Below, piece after piece: positions 1 through 9,409 of a stretch of DNA of 64,000 nucleotides (its first letter is position 1; each line of letters starts with the position of its first letter). The DNA lies in the NCBI GenBank assembly GCA_963816145.1, contig CAWFJP010000013.1, positions 1 through 64,000 on the forward strand, read 5' to 3'. The notes under the pieces were generated by a model. The model was not told the origin of the DNA. It ran no database searches and saw nothing but the letters and a program-made list of their open reading frames with translations. The position numbers were made by a program, and so were the translations under genes. This stretch comes from an uncultured delta proteobacterium (GTDB lineage Bacteria > Desulfobacterota > Binatia > UBA9968).

Positions 1-835
1 TCAGGACCGCCCCGCCAATGGTGCGCAGGTTAACGGTTTCCACTTTACGTAGGAACACCGCGCTAAAAAATACCGTGAATAGCGGCGTGGTATTGAGCAG
101 AGGGATGATCACCGACATTTGGCCGCGGCCCAGGGCGACGAAGTTGGCGACCTGGGCGGTGGTGGCCACCAGCGCTGATCCGAGAAAGAACTTAAAGCTG
201 CTGCGGTTCATACGTAATTGGTGGGCCCGGCCGGTGGTGAAGACGAAGCCCAACAAGAGCAATAGCGAAACCGTAGTGACCATTGCCACGGCGACGAACG
301 GATCGGGAATGATTTGCAGCGCTTGCTTGCGCAGGGTTTGCGAAATCGCCGAGATCAAGGCCGCGCCGATGGGCAACAGCGCGTCGAGATAGCGCCAACG
401 TTTATCTTTTTCCTGCTTACCGGAGATCAGCCAGAGGCTGGCGACGATCAACACGGTGCCAACGTATACTTGCAGTCCTGGTTGTTCATTGAACACGATC
501 AAGGCGATGGCCGCGGCGAAGAGCGGCTCGATGCCGCGCAGCGGCCCGGCGCGAGCGACACCGATTCTGGTGATGCCTTCGTAGAAAAGTGCGCGGGCGA
601 AAAGCGGCTGCATGCAGCCGCTGATCACGTAGTAGATCATGGCCGGAGATGTTAGAAATTCCAGCGAAGTCGTGGCGATGAGATAGCTCCAGACGCAAGT
701 GATAGAGACAGCGTAGCTCATCAGCATGGCGGCGAAGATGTTGGATTGGCGCAGGCCGACGCGCACCAGCACCGAATCGATGGCCCAGCCCATGGCGGAA
801 CAGATCGCGACGATTTCAGCAAATAGCGGTGTCAA
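1..835 (-). CDS. EamA/DMT-family transporter, 3' end runs off the window
   Basis: Not in the ORF track. Manual translation from TTG at 835 gives MTPLFAEIVAICSAMGWAIDSVLVRVGLRQSN...GITRIGVARAGPLRGIEPLFAAAIALIVFNE...ALGRGQMSVIIPLLNTTPLFTVFFSAVFL, two hydrophobic EamA repeats with no stop before position 1. Confidence 0.85.
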   Translation of the reverse strand, partial: MTPLFAEIVAICSAMGWAIDSVLVRVGLRQSNIFAAMLMSYAVSITCVWSYLIATTSLEFLTSPAMIYYVISGCMQPLFARALFYEGITRIGVARAGPLRGIEPLFAAAIALIVFNEQPGLQVYVGTVLIVASLWLISGKQEKDKRWRYLDALLPIGAALISAISQTLRKQALQIIPDPFVAVAMVTTVSLLLLLGFVFTTGRAHQLRMNRSSFKFFLGSALVATTAQVANFVALGRGQMSVIIPLLNTTPLFTVFFSAVFLRKVETVNLRTIGGAVL

Positions 836-1008
836 GTTCTCAGTCTATCCGTTAAAAACTTCAGCTAAACCGAGCCCGGCGAGATTTGCAACCGATCTGC
901 CGAAGTTGCCCGCGTTTACCAACCGAACATCGCCGCCGTCTTGCACTAAGCGTCCTGTCTGGCCTAAGATCGGCCGTCTTTAACTCAGCAAATCAAGAAG
1001 GAGATGTT

Positions 1009-1446
1009 ATGGATCCAAAAGCGCAGGTCGTGCAACTCAAAACTCAACTGGTGAGCGAAGGCCATACGCGGTACATGCTCGCGGAAACCGATTTGATGAC
1101 GCTCAGAATTCATTGCTATGCCCCGGGCATCGGTGAAAACGCGCTGCACGCGCATACCAAAGAGGATCATGTCTTCGTAGTGTTGGAGGGAACAGCGCAG
1201 TTTAACACCGAACGAGATGGCAAGACTGTGTTGACGGCGACCAAGAATCACGCGGTGGTGCTGCCTGCGGGCAGCTACTATCAGTTTTGCAATTCGGGCC
1301 AGACCCCGTTAGTGATGGCGCGCATCGGCGCCGGTCAGGACAAGGCGGATCAGCGGCTCAATCCCGACGGTTCCGCGATTCCAGGGCGTGCCTCTGAACA
1401 AGGTGCAGCCAAACCAAAACTGATCGAAGGGGCGTTCTTCGAATAA
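1009..1446 (+). CDS. cupin domain protein
   Basis: Motif ENALHAHTKEDHVFVVLEG ... VVLPAGSYYQFCN; GAAGGAG RBS before the ATG at 1009. Confidence 0.85.
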   Translation: MDPKAQVVQLKTQLVSEGHTRYMLAETDLMTLRIHCYAPGIGENALHAHTKEDHVFVVLEGTAQFNTERDGKTVLTATKNHAVVLPAGSYYQFCNSGQTPLVMARIGAGQDKADQRLNPDGSAIPGRASEQGAAKPKLIEGAFFE

Positions 1447-1477
1447 TTCGCGGGTGATTCGGATTTTGGGAGGGGAA

Positions 1478-1543
1478 CCAACCCGCGCCGGTGGGGGCGG
1501 CACGGGTTGGTCCGGGGAGGAGCTTCCCCCCTACGGGGAAGTT
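1478..1543. terminator. two GC-rich hairpins between convergent genes (probable terminators)
   Basis: ccaacccgcgccg...cggcacgggttgg (1478-1510) and cttcccc...ggggaag (1523-1541). Confidence 0.5.
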
Positions 1544-1556
1544 CGCAGAGCCTAAT

Positions 1557-1766
1557 CTAAGCGATGTCGCGCATGCGCGAGAAGGTGTCTTGCAGCTTGC
1601 GCAGTTCAACGGTGAGCCAGCGCTCGTGTCGGCGATGGTTAAACAGGTGTGGCTGCAGTAGCGACTGGGGGAACATCTTAGCGCCGCATTTCTCGCACTT
1701 GACCGCGCGAAATTCTTTTCGTTCGAAAGAAATGACATTGGAGCGTTTAGTTGCTGCTGGTTCCAT
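1557..1766 (-). CDS. small (69 aa) C2H2 zinc-finger protein
   Basis: AGGAGG RBS before the ATG at 1766; CEKC-GAK-M-FPQSLLQP-H-LFN-H fits C-x2-C-x3-hydrophobic-x8-H-x3-H. Confidence 0.7.
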   Translation of the reverse strand: MEPAATKRSNVISFERKEFRAVKCEKCGAKMFPQSLLQPHLFNHRRHERWLTVELRKLQDTFSRMRDIA

Positions 1767-1800
1767 GCCGAGCCTCCTGATCAAGCTGCATCGAAGTCTC

Positions 1801-1816
1801 AGCAAGGACTATGCCA
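1801..1816 (-). promoter_or_regulatory. sigma54 (-24/-12) promoter of the zinc-finger gene
   Basis: Minus strand TGGCATAGTCCTTGCT has GG-N10-GC spacing and matches TGGCAC-N5-TTGCW. Confidence 0.7.
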
Positions 1817-1895
1817 CGGTTCCGCTTCTACGTAAACCATTTAAGACACCGACTTTGTTGAAGTTTCATTCGATGGGGGAGCCAATCGTGGGATT

Positions 1896-1917
1896 GTTGA
1901 CAGCCACAGTTGTCAAC
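1896..1917. promoter_or_regulatory. palindromic site, candidate enhancer-binding-protein site
   Basis: GTTGACA-N8-TGTCAAC, 80-100 bp upstream of the sigma54 promoter. Confidence 0.45.
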
Positions 1918-2024
1918 GTCATGCCGCTAGTGACACGGAAAGCGGCAGTGGCGCGAATTGCGGCATAGGATTGGCGTGGCAATCGATAAGGAAGCTGACC
2001 AATAGTCTTAGGCCGGGGCCAATG

Positions 2025-3074
2025 TTAGTGCGATTGTTTAATCCCAAAGAAATGCGCTGCTGTGACGCCGAATAAATTATCTCTATCCTGAGCCGTTAAA
2101 CCCGGGCGGGCTTTCAGCATAGCAATCGTATTGGGCGCGGTCCCGTCGGGGTGGGGAAAGTCGCTGCCGATCATCAAGCGCAAGCTGCCAATGCGTTTGA
2201 CCACGTCGGCCAATGTGGAGTCCTCGGAACCTAGTGAAAAGTAGAAATTGTCGAAACAGTCTTTCGGTCGTCGCGTTGCCTTTTCGCGGGCCGCCGGACG
2301 GGCGTCGTAGGCCATCTCCAGCCGGTCGAGCAGCCAGGGAATCCAGCCAATGCCAACTTCAAAGAAACCGAACTTAAGGGTTGGAAAGCGGTCGAGCAGG
2401 CCGCTAAAAATCAGCACCGAGATGGCGGTAAAGACCTCGAAGGGGAAACCTAGACAGACATCGAGATTGTAACGGGAAAAACGCTCGACACCGAGCAGCG
2501 GACCGCTGTCGACGCCATGCACTGACAGCGGCACTCCGAGTTTTTCGACGGTGTCATAGAACGGCCAGAGAAACTCGCCATCCAAATCTTTGCCGTTGAT
2601 GTTCTGGTAAATGATGATCGAATGGAGACCCAACTCCTTGACGGCGAATTCCGCTTCGATAATCGCTTTGGGAATATCTTGCAGCGGTACGGCGGCGATG
2701 CCGATGAATTTGTTGGGATAGGCTTTTAGGATTCTCGAGATTGCTTGGTTGTAAGCGCGGCAGACAGCGGCGCCCATGGCGGCGTCGACATCGTAGTAAA
2801 AAGGCGAGTTGTTGGGAATCAGCACTTGCATATCGAAACCATCCTGCGCCATGGCGGCTAAGCGCGGTTCGATTTCAAAATCGGATTTGGGCCGGCCGTT
2901 TACCCGCAACGGTTTGATATGCGCCGGCACGAACGGCGCGCGCGCCGGATAGTCGATGCGATAGCGGCCAGTGGGGAGAGCGACCACACGCGGCCCTTGT
3001 TCGGCGTATTTTTCATCCAGGTCGGCGAACGCGTCGAGCGGCGTGAAGTGAGTATCGGAATCGATGCGGATCAT
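2025..3074 (-). CDS. amidohydrolase_2 family protein (decarboxylase/hydratase-like)
   Basis: IDSDTH N-terminal motif, LSVHG, FFEVGIGW, IGSDFPHPDG. Confidence 0.9.
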   Translation of the reverse strand: MIRIDSDTHFTPLDAFADLDEKYAEQGPRVVALPTGRYRIDYPARAPFVPAHIKPLRVNGRPKSDFEIEPRLAAMAQDGFDMQVLIPNNSPFYYDVDAAMGAAVCRAYNQAISRILKAYPNKFIGIAAVPLQDIPKAIIEAEFAVKELGLHSIIIYQNINGKDLDGEFLWPFYDTVEKLGVPLSVHGVDSGPLLGVERFSRYNLDVCLGFPFEVFTAISVLIFSGLLDRFPTLKFGFFEVGIGWIPWLLDRLEMAYDARPAAREKATRRPKDCFDNFYFSLGSEDSTLADVVKRIGSLRLMIGSDFPHPDGTAPNTIAMLKARPGLTAQDRDNLFGVTAAHFFGIKQSH

Positions 3075-3095
3075 CTAAGCCTCCAAGGGTGACCG

Positions 3096-4166
3096 TCAGC
3101 TGCCTTTGCGCAAAATCAATTTATCGAATAGTTCCACCAGTTCCTGGGCGCGGTCGCCCCATTTGAGCGGCGAGACGACCTGTACTTTTCGGCTTCCGGG
3201 ATCGACCAAGTATTTAATTTCCTGGCGGCCCACCCAGCGGCCCTGTGCCGCCATGACTTCCTGGCCGCGGCGCGACAGCAAGAAATCGACGAACAATGCC
3301 GCGCTATGTGGATGGGGCGCGCGAGCGCCGATCCAAACTCCGGTCGGAGTTTTGGCGGTGACATAGGGCTCGGGAAAAACCAGTTCGATGGGCGCGCCTT
3401 TGGATTTCAAAAGATAACCGGTGTGATTGTAGCCGTCGACCATCAGGGGAATTTCGCCGGCAGCGACCAATTGACCGAGCAGGGTGTTGCCTTTACGCAG
3501 ATTCAACTGCTGGCGGCCCAATCGTTCGGCGAACTGTTTGCCCTTTTCCTCGCCGTAGAAATCCATCAGTGCGGCGATCCAATCGTAGGACTCATCGTCC
3601 ATACCGAGCAGCCCTTTCCATTTCGGCAGCAACAAATCTTCGATGGACTTGGGATAGTCCTGGGGCTTAAGCAGGTTCTTGTTGACGAGAAACAGTTGGC
3701 CTTGGGTAAACAGCGCGTTGAAGTAGCCATCGTTGTCCTTGAAGCCCGGCCGCAGCGCGTCGCGCTGCGGCGAACGGTAAGCCGCGATGATCTGGCGCTT
3801 GCGCAATGGCATCAAGAACAGTCCGCGGATGTGGGTGATGTCGAAGTTGTAAGTCTTGGCGCTGTACTCGGAACTCAGACGCGTCATGGTCTGCACCGCG
3901 CTGCCGTTGAGCAATTTCACCTGAACATAAGGATGCTCCCTCTGAAATAGATTGATCAGCTCCTGGGAATTCTCCCGGTTCATGGTCGAATACCAGACCA
4001 GCTCGCCTTCCTTGCGCGCGCCGTCGGCGAGCCGCTGCTGGCGCTCGCTGGCGGGCAGACGGTTTATTTTATCGAGGAGATCTTCGACGTTTTGACCCCG
4101 CACCGGAGATGTGAAAATGAGCGCCGACGCGAGAAGTAGAAAAGCTGGCCAAAAGCTCTGCGGCAT
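3096..4166 (-). CDS. ABC substrate-binding protein, Fe3+/thiamine (AfuA-like) class
   Basis: Signal peptide, ARKEGELVWYST, PKWKG, APHPHSAALFVDFLLS; start moved to MPQSFW. Confidence 0.85.
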   Translation of the reverse strand: MPQSFWPAFLLLASALIFTSPVRGQNVEDLLDKINRLPASERQQRLADGARKEGELVWYSTMNRENSQELINLFQREHPYVQVKLLNGSAVQTMTRLSSEYSAKTYNFDITHIRGLFLMPLRKRQIIAAYRSPQRDALRPGFKDNDGYFNALFTQGQLFLVNKNLLKPQDYPKSIEDLLLPKWKGLLGMDDESYDWIAALMDFYGEEKGKQFAERLGRQQLNLRKGNTLLGQLVAAGEIPLMVDGYNHTGYLLKSKGAPIELVFPEPYVTAKTPTGVWIGARAPHPHSAALFVDFLLSRRGQEVMAAQGRWVGRQEIKYLVDPGSRKVQVVSPLKWGDRAQELVELFDKLILRKGS

Positions 4167-4201
4167 AGGTTCCTCGTTAGTCGGGAGATCTCGTCGTAAA
4201 T

Positions 4202-5179
4202 CTAGCTTGGCGCCAGTGCCCGGTGGCAAGCTTCGACGATCCGCTCTTGGTTCGGCAAAAACTGTCTTTCCAGGGTCGGTCCGGCGGGCACAGGGGCAAA
4301 GGGAGCGGCGACACGAACGATCGGGCCATCGAGATAGTAAAAAGCTTCTTGCTGCACCTGGCTAACGATTTCCGCGCCGATGCCGCCTTGTTCGACCGCT
4401 TCATGGGCGACGATCATGCGGCCGGTTTTCTTCGCTGAGTTGACGATGGTCTCGATATCGAGGGGTGAGATCGTTCGCGGGTCGATGACCTCAACCGAGA
4501 TGCCTTGGGCTTCGAGTTCTCTTGCCGCCGCCAGCGCTGGTGCCACCATGCTCGAGAGCGCGACGACGGTGATATCCTTGCCCTCGCGCATGATGGAAGC
4601 TTTGCCGATGGCGACGCTTTCGTCACTCGCCGATACTTCGCCTTTGCTCCAATAGAGACCGCGATGTTCGATGAACACCACCGGGTTGTCGTCGCGGATG
4701 GCACTTTTCAGCAAACCCTTGGCATCGGCGGGGTTCGCCGGCATGACGACTTTCAATCCCGGCACATGGGCAAGCCAGGACTCCAGGCTCTGCGAGTGGT
4801 GCGCGCCCATGGCGCCGCTGATGCCGCACTGGACGCGCACGGTCAACGGTATTTTCAATTGTCCGCCGGACATGTAGTGGAGTTTGGCGGCGTGATTGAT
4901 CAACTGATCCATTGCGAGGGTGATGAAGTCAATGAACATGATCTCGATTACCGGCCGCAGGCCGGCAGTCGCCGTGCCGATGGCAAGGCCCATGACGGTG
5001 GCTTCGCTAATCGGTGTGTTGACGGTGCGGTTGGCGCCGAAGGTTTCGGCCAAGCCTTTAGTGACGCCGAAGGGACCGCCGAGGGCGACATCCTCGCCAA
5101 AAATGTAGACCGTTGGATCGCGGCGCATTTCTTCTTCGAGGCCGGCGCGAATCGCTTCGAGAAAGGTTTGTTCGGGCAT
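4202..5179 (-). CDS. 2-oxoacid/acetoin dehydrogenase E1 beta subunit (pair 2)
   Basis: NTPISEA, EIMFIDF, AHHSQSLE, EVIDPRT. Confidence 0.9.
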   Translation of the reverse strand: MPEQTFLEAIRAGLEEEMRRDPTVYIFGEDVALGGPFGVTKGLAETFGANRTVNTPISEATVMGLAIGTATAGLRPVIEIMFIDFITLAMDQLINHAAKLHYMSGGQLKIPLTVRVQCGISGAMGAHHSQSLESWLAHVPGLKVVMPANPADAKGLLKSAIRDDNPVVFIEHRGLYWSKGEVSASDESVAIGKASIMREGKDITVVALSSMVAPALAAARELEAQGISVEVIDPRTISPLDIETIVNSAKKTGRMIVAHEAVEQGGIGAEIVSQVQQEAFYYLDGPIVRVAAPFAPVPAGPTLERQFLPNQERIVEACHRALAPS

Positions 5180-5188
5180 GTTCCCGGG

Positions 5189-5217
5189 GTTCCAATCGTT
5201 CCAGAAGTTCCAGTCGT
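5189..5217. repeat. 9-mer short tandem repeat x3
   Basis: gttccaatc gttccagaa gttccagtc between E1 alpha and beta. Confidence 0.6.
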
Positions 5218-5231
5218 GTCAACGTTAAGAT

Positions 5232-6206
5232 TCAATCAGAGGTGACTTGCCTGGCAACCTGGTCATCGGCCGGCCATGGCGACGCTAAGGAAAACTCCGC
5301 GGCTTTTTCAGCCAAGGCCTGGGCTTCGCTTTCCATCGCTGCGAGTTCTTTGTCGGCGAGCGTTTTTTGACTTTTCAGCGCGCGGGCGACGCGGGCGATG
5401 GGATCTTTTTTCTTCCATTCGGCCAGCTGTGACAACTCGCGGTACTTGGCTGGATCGCCCTCATAATGGCCGCGCATGCGGTGGGTCAGGCACTCGACAA
5501 AGATCGGTCCTTTGCCGGCGCGGCATTTGTCTACCGCCTTGGCCATCGCCGCGCGCACGGCGAACAGATCATTGCCGTCAACGGTGTCGGCCGGTATTCC
5601 ATAGGTCTTGGCGTGCTGCGCCAGCCGCTCGATCTTGGTGTGCGCCGACAGCGGCGTGAACTCGGCGTAGCCGTTGTTTTCGCAGATAAAGATCACCGGC
5701 AGTTGCCACAGGCTGGCGATGTTGAGCGACTCGTGAAACGATCCGGACTGCCCGGCGCCGTCGCCGAAAAAGACCGCGGCGATTTGGCCTTTCTTTCTTT
5801 CCTTGGCGGCGAACGCAGCCCCCAGAGCGAGTGGAATGGTGCCGCCGACGACGCCGGTGGCGGTGATAAAGCCGCATTCTTTGGCGACGATATGCATGGA
5901 GCCGCCCTTGCCGCCGCAATAACCGGTGGCGCGGCCGGCGATCTCGGCCATTAGCTTATTGATGTCCGCGCCTTTGGCGATGGCATGACCATGGGAGCGG
6001 TGGCCGCCATAAACATAATCGTCATTGCGCAACAAGCTCAGGGCACCGACGGCGACGGCTTCTTGGCCGATGCCTAAATGGAGCAAGCCGACGATCTGGC
6101 GCTCGGCATAGAGCGCCGAGACTTTTTCTTCAAAAGCGCGGATCAGCCACATACGGCGCAGTAGCTCGATCGTTTCTTTAGGGTTTTCTTTCTTGGCAGC
6201 CATCAA
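5232..6206 (-). CDS. ThDP-dependent dehydrogenase E1 alpha subunit (pair 2)
   Basis: HLGIGQEA, HRSHGH, GKGGSMH, GDG...CENN ThDP motif, RMRGHYEGD. Confidence 0.9.
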   Translation of the reverse strand: MMAAKKENPKETIELLRRMWLIRAFEEKVSALYAERQIVGLLHLGIGQEAVAVGALSLLRNDDYVYGGHRSHGHAIAKGADINKLMAEIAGRATGYCGGKGGSMHIVAKECGFITATGVVGGTIPLALGAAFAAKERKKGQIAAVFFGDGAGQSGSFHESLNIASLWQLPVIFICENNGYAEFTPLSAHTKIERLAQHAKTYGIPADTVDGNDLFAVRAAMAKAVDKCRAGKGPIFVECLTHRMRGHYEGDPAKYRELSQLAEWKKKDPIARVARALKSQKTLADKELAAMESEAQALAEKAAEFSLASPWPADDQVARQVTSD

Positions 6207-6253
6207 TGATCGCGGGTCGCGTGCAACGATTCGGCAGGTTGGTACAACTTCTC

Positions 6254-6281
6254 AGAACTCGAAACCGAGAACCAGAAACTC
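6254..6281. repeat. 7-mer short tandem repeat x4
   Basis: agaactc gaaaccg agaacca gaaactc. Confidence 0.5.
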
Positions 6282-6283
6282 TT

Positions 6284-7255
6284 TTACGCTAGCGCGGCAC
6301 GCACGGCGTCCATGATGCGCGACTCGGATGGCCCGATATGGGCTTCGAGTCCCGGGCTGTAGGGCACCGGCACGTCGAGAGTGGAGACCCGGCGGATGCG
6401 CGTTTTCAATTTGTCGAAACCGCTTTCGGCGATGCGCGCGGCGATCTCGGCGGCGACGCCGCAGCTCTGATGGGTCTCGTCAGCGATCACCACACGATGG
6501 GTTTTCTCCACCGACGACAGGATCGTCGCCAGGTCGAACGGCACCAGGGTGCGCGGATCGACGACTTCGACTTCGATACCCTCCTTGGCGAGTTTGCCGG
6601 CGGCTTGAAGGCCGACTTGGACGGTGTAGGAAGTCGCAATCAGCGTAACATCGCTGCCGCTGCGTTTTATGTCGGCGACACCGAAAGGAATCGCTTGATC
6701 ATTGTCGGGAACTTCACCGCGGATGTCCAAGAGCCGGGTGTGATCGACAAAGATCGTCGGGTTGTCACTGGCGACCGCGGTTTTCAACAAACCTTTGACG
6801 TCGCGCGGCGAGGATGGAATGGCGATTTCCAATCCTGGAACATTCCACAGCATCGCCTGCGGGCTGCCTGAGTGCTGGGCCGCGCCGCCGCCGCGCAGTC
6901 CGTGGAACAGATGAAACACCACCGGCACCCGGGTCTGGCCGCCGGACATGGAGTAGGCATTGGCGGCTTCGTTGGCGACCTGCGGCCATGCTTCATAGAT
7001 GAAACTACCGGTGCTCAAATCGACAATGGGACGTAGTCCCGCCATGGCCGCACCGGTGGCGAGGCCGCAGAAGCCCAGCTCGGAGATCGGCGGCGCGAAC
7101 ATCCGTTCGCTGAATTTTTTCTGCAAGTTTTGAAACACATGGCGGTGCGGGCTCAAGCTCAAAAAAGTCCCGTTGATCAGATGGACGCGCTCGTCGGCGC
7201 TCATGATCTCGTCGAGGGCCTCGAATTTGGCTTCGTAGTAAGCTAGTTCTCTCAT
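6284..7255 (-). CDS. E1 beta subunit (pair 1, divergent)
   Basis: PPISELGF, AAQHSGSP, EVVDPRTLVP. Confidence 0.88.
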   Translation of the reverse strand: MRELAYYEAKFEALDEIMSADERVHLINGTFLSLSPHRHVFQNLQKKFSERMFAPPISELGFCGLATGAAMAGLRPIVDLSTGSFIYEAWPQVANEAANAYSMSGGQTRVPVVFHLFHGLRGGGAAQHSGSPQAMLWNVPGLEIAIPSSPRDVKGLLKTAVASDNPTIFVDHTRLLDIRGEVPDNDQAIPFGVADIKRSGSDVTLIATSYTVQVGLQAAGKLAKEGIEVEVVDPRTLVPFDLATILSSVEKTHRVVIADETHQSCGVAAEIAARIAESGFDKLKTRIRRVSTLDVPVPYSPGLEAHIGPSESRIMDAVRAALA

Positions 7256-7264
7256 AATTGTCTC

Positions 7265-8284
7265 TTAGGCGAAGAAGTCTCTCTCAGCCTCTTCCGGTTT
7301 TGGGTAGGGGCTGTTGGTGGCGAAGTCGACGGCGGCGGCGATTTCGCTTTTGACTTGGCTTTCAATCGCGGCGATTTCATCGCGGTTGGCGCGGTTCGCT
7401 TCGACTAGTTCACGAATATAGATCAGCAACGGATCGCAGCTGTGGTACCACTCGCGGGCCTTTTCCGGCACGTCGCTGACATCCCAGGCGAGCGCAGTAT
7501 TGGTCGGTTTCGGCACGGTGGGCCAGTTGGTCTCGCTGCCGGGAAATCGCACGGTTTGCGCTTCGACAAACTGCGGTCCCTCGCCGCGGCGAATCTTTCC
7601 TACCGCTTCGCTAATCGTTGCGTGGACCAATCCGGCATCCATGCCATCGATCTGCTGAGCCGGGATTTTGTAAGCCTTCGGCAATTCGGTGAGCGGATAG
7701 GCCGCCATGGAACTCGACTGCGCCGCGGCGACGGCGCGGCCGGCGCCGTACTTGCCATTGTTTTCGCAGAGAAACAGCAAGGGCAGTTTCAGCAGCGAGG
7801 CGATATTGAACGCTTCTGGCGCGGCGCCTTCTTCCAGCGAGCCGTCGCCGAACAGACAAACCGTGAGGCGGCCGTTTTTTTGCGCTTTGGCCGCGTAGGC
7901 GGTTCCGGTCGAAAGCGGAATGATACCGGCGACCACGCCGGAGCTGTGGAGAAATCCCAGCGATGGCGCGACCGAGTGAAACGAGCCGCCTTTGCCTTTG
8001 TTCAAGCCGTCGACGCGGCCGAGGATTTCGGCGAACAGCCGCTTCGGCTCGACGCCGCGGGCGAGCAGATGGCCATGATTTCTGTGCGTCGTGAAGAGAT
8101 AGTCATCGGCGCGCAGGCACGAGAGCGCCGGCACACCCGTGGCCTCTTGGCCGACATAGAGATGGTAGTGGCCGCCGAACACGCCTTTGTCATGCAGCAG
8201 GACGAGATTCTCTTCGAAGTGGCGAATGGTGAACATCCGCCGGCACAGCTCCAATAGATTTTCTCTCGGTAGATTCGGTAACAT
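7265..8284 (-). CDS. E1 alpha subunit (pair 1, divergent)
   Basis: HLYVGQEA, HRNHGH, GKGGSFH, GDG...CENN; the usual RxxGH loop reads RFPGS. Confidence 0.88.
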   Translation of the reverse strand: MLPNLPRENLLELCRRMFTIRHFEENLVLLHDKGVFGGHYHLYVGQEATGVPALSCLRADDYLFTTHRNHGHLLARGVEPKRLFAEILGRVDGLNKGKGGSFHSVAPSLGFLHSSGVVAGIIPLSTGTAYAAKAQKNGRLTVCLFGDGSLEEGAAPEAFNIASLLKLPLLFLCENNGKYGAGRAVAAAQSSSMAAYPLTELPKAYKIPAQQIDGMDAGLVHATISEAVGKIRRGEGPQFVEAQTVRFPGSETNWPTVPKPTNTALAWDVSDVPEKAREWYHSCDPLLIYIRELVEANRANRDEIAAIESQVKSEIAAAVDFATNSPYPKPEEAERDFFA

Positions 8285-8404
8285 GATGATCCTGACTTAA
8301 TTCAATTCGCGGGCCGTTGTCAACGCCGGTAGCATGGATTGACAAGCCGTAAATGACGGGACTAAATGCCTCTTTAAGATCGGCATTCCGACGGAGGTTA
8401 AGTT

Positions 8405-9400
8405 ATGAATCCACGGCTCATGTGGCCAGTGCTGTTGCTGTTTGCTTGGTTGCTTCCATCGACACTCTCTGCCCAATCGCGCGGGCTGAGGAAAGTTCAA
8501 GTCGGTGTGCCCGCGATCAGCATGGGCAACATTATCATCTATTTCACCAAGGATGCGAAAATTTTCGAGAAGTATGGCCTCGACGTTGAGCCGATCGCTG
8601 TCAATGGCTCGGGCATTGCCTCCAAAGCGCTGATTTCCGGCAGCGTGCAGATATCCCCCATTGCAACTCCCACAGTGATCAACTCGGTGCTGTCAGGTTC
8701 GGACATGGTGATATTGGGGCATACCATGCCGGGCGTGATTCAGTATTTGATGGCGCGTCCGGACATCAAGCGCACTGAGGATATAAAAGGTAAATCAATC
8801 GGTGTGACGCCCTACGGTGGGCTGAGCGATTTTTTAGTCAGATACCTCGCCCGCCAAAAGGGACTTGTCCCGGACAAGGATTTCGCTTTGTTGCAGCTTG
8901 GCAGCGACACCGACCGCTTTGTCGCATTGCAACAGGGACGGATTCCGTTGTCGACCTTGTCCCATCCGAATTACATTTATGCGCAGCGCCTCGGTTTCCA
9001 TATTCTCTGGGATTTTTTCAGAGAAGTAGACTATCCCTGGAGCGAGATCGCCACGACGCGCTCACAGATCAAGCAAGACCGCGACTTCGTCATGCGCTAC
9101 ATGCGCGCCCATATCGAGGGTATCGCCCGCTTCAAGCAAGAGCCGGAGTTGGGCAAGAAAGTGATTAAAAAAATGTTGCGTTTGGACGATGACGCTATGG
9201 CCCAAGATTCCTGGGAGCTGTTTGCCAAGCATCGCATTGCGGCGCCGTACCCCAACATCAAGGGCATGAAGACCAGTTACGAATACGTCGCGGCAACCCG
9301 GCCGGACGTCTATAAGCACAAACCGGAGGAGTTCATCGACGCGAGCTTTGTCGAGGAGCTCGACAAGAGCGGCTTTATCAAAAAGCTCTACGAGAAATAA
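8405..9400 (+). CDS. ABC substrate-binding protein, NitT/TauT (SsuA/THI5-like) class
   Basis: Signal peptide, KYGLDVE, DIKGKSIGVT, C-terminal FVEELDKSGFIKKLY. Confidence 0.85.
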   Translation: MNPRLMWPVLLLFAWLLPSTLSAQSRGLRKVQVGVPAISMGNIIIYFTKDAKIFEKYGLDVEPIAVNGSGIASKALISGSVQISPIATPTVINSVLSGSDMVILGHTMPGVIQYLMARPDIKRTEDIKGKSIGVTPYGGLSDFLVRYLARQKGLVPDKDFALLQLGSDTDRFVALQQGRIPLSTLSHPNYIYAQRLGFHILWDFFREVDYPWSEIATTRSQIKQDRDFVMRYMRAHIEGIARFKQEPELGKKVIKKMLRLDDDAMAQDSWELFAKHRIAAPYPNIKGMKTSYEYVAATRPDVYKHKPEEFIDASFVEELDKSGFIKKLYEK

Positions 9401-9409
9401 ATCACTCGA

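Noticed and set aside
18-983. Plus-strand ORFs 18..392, 314..655, 726..983
   Set aside because: Antisense shadows of the minus-strand EamA transporter gene
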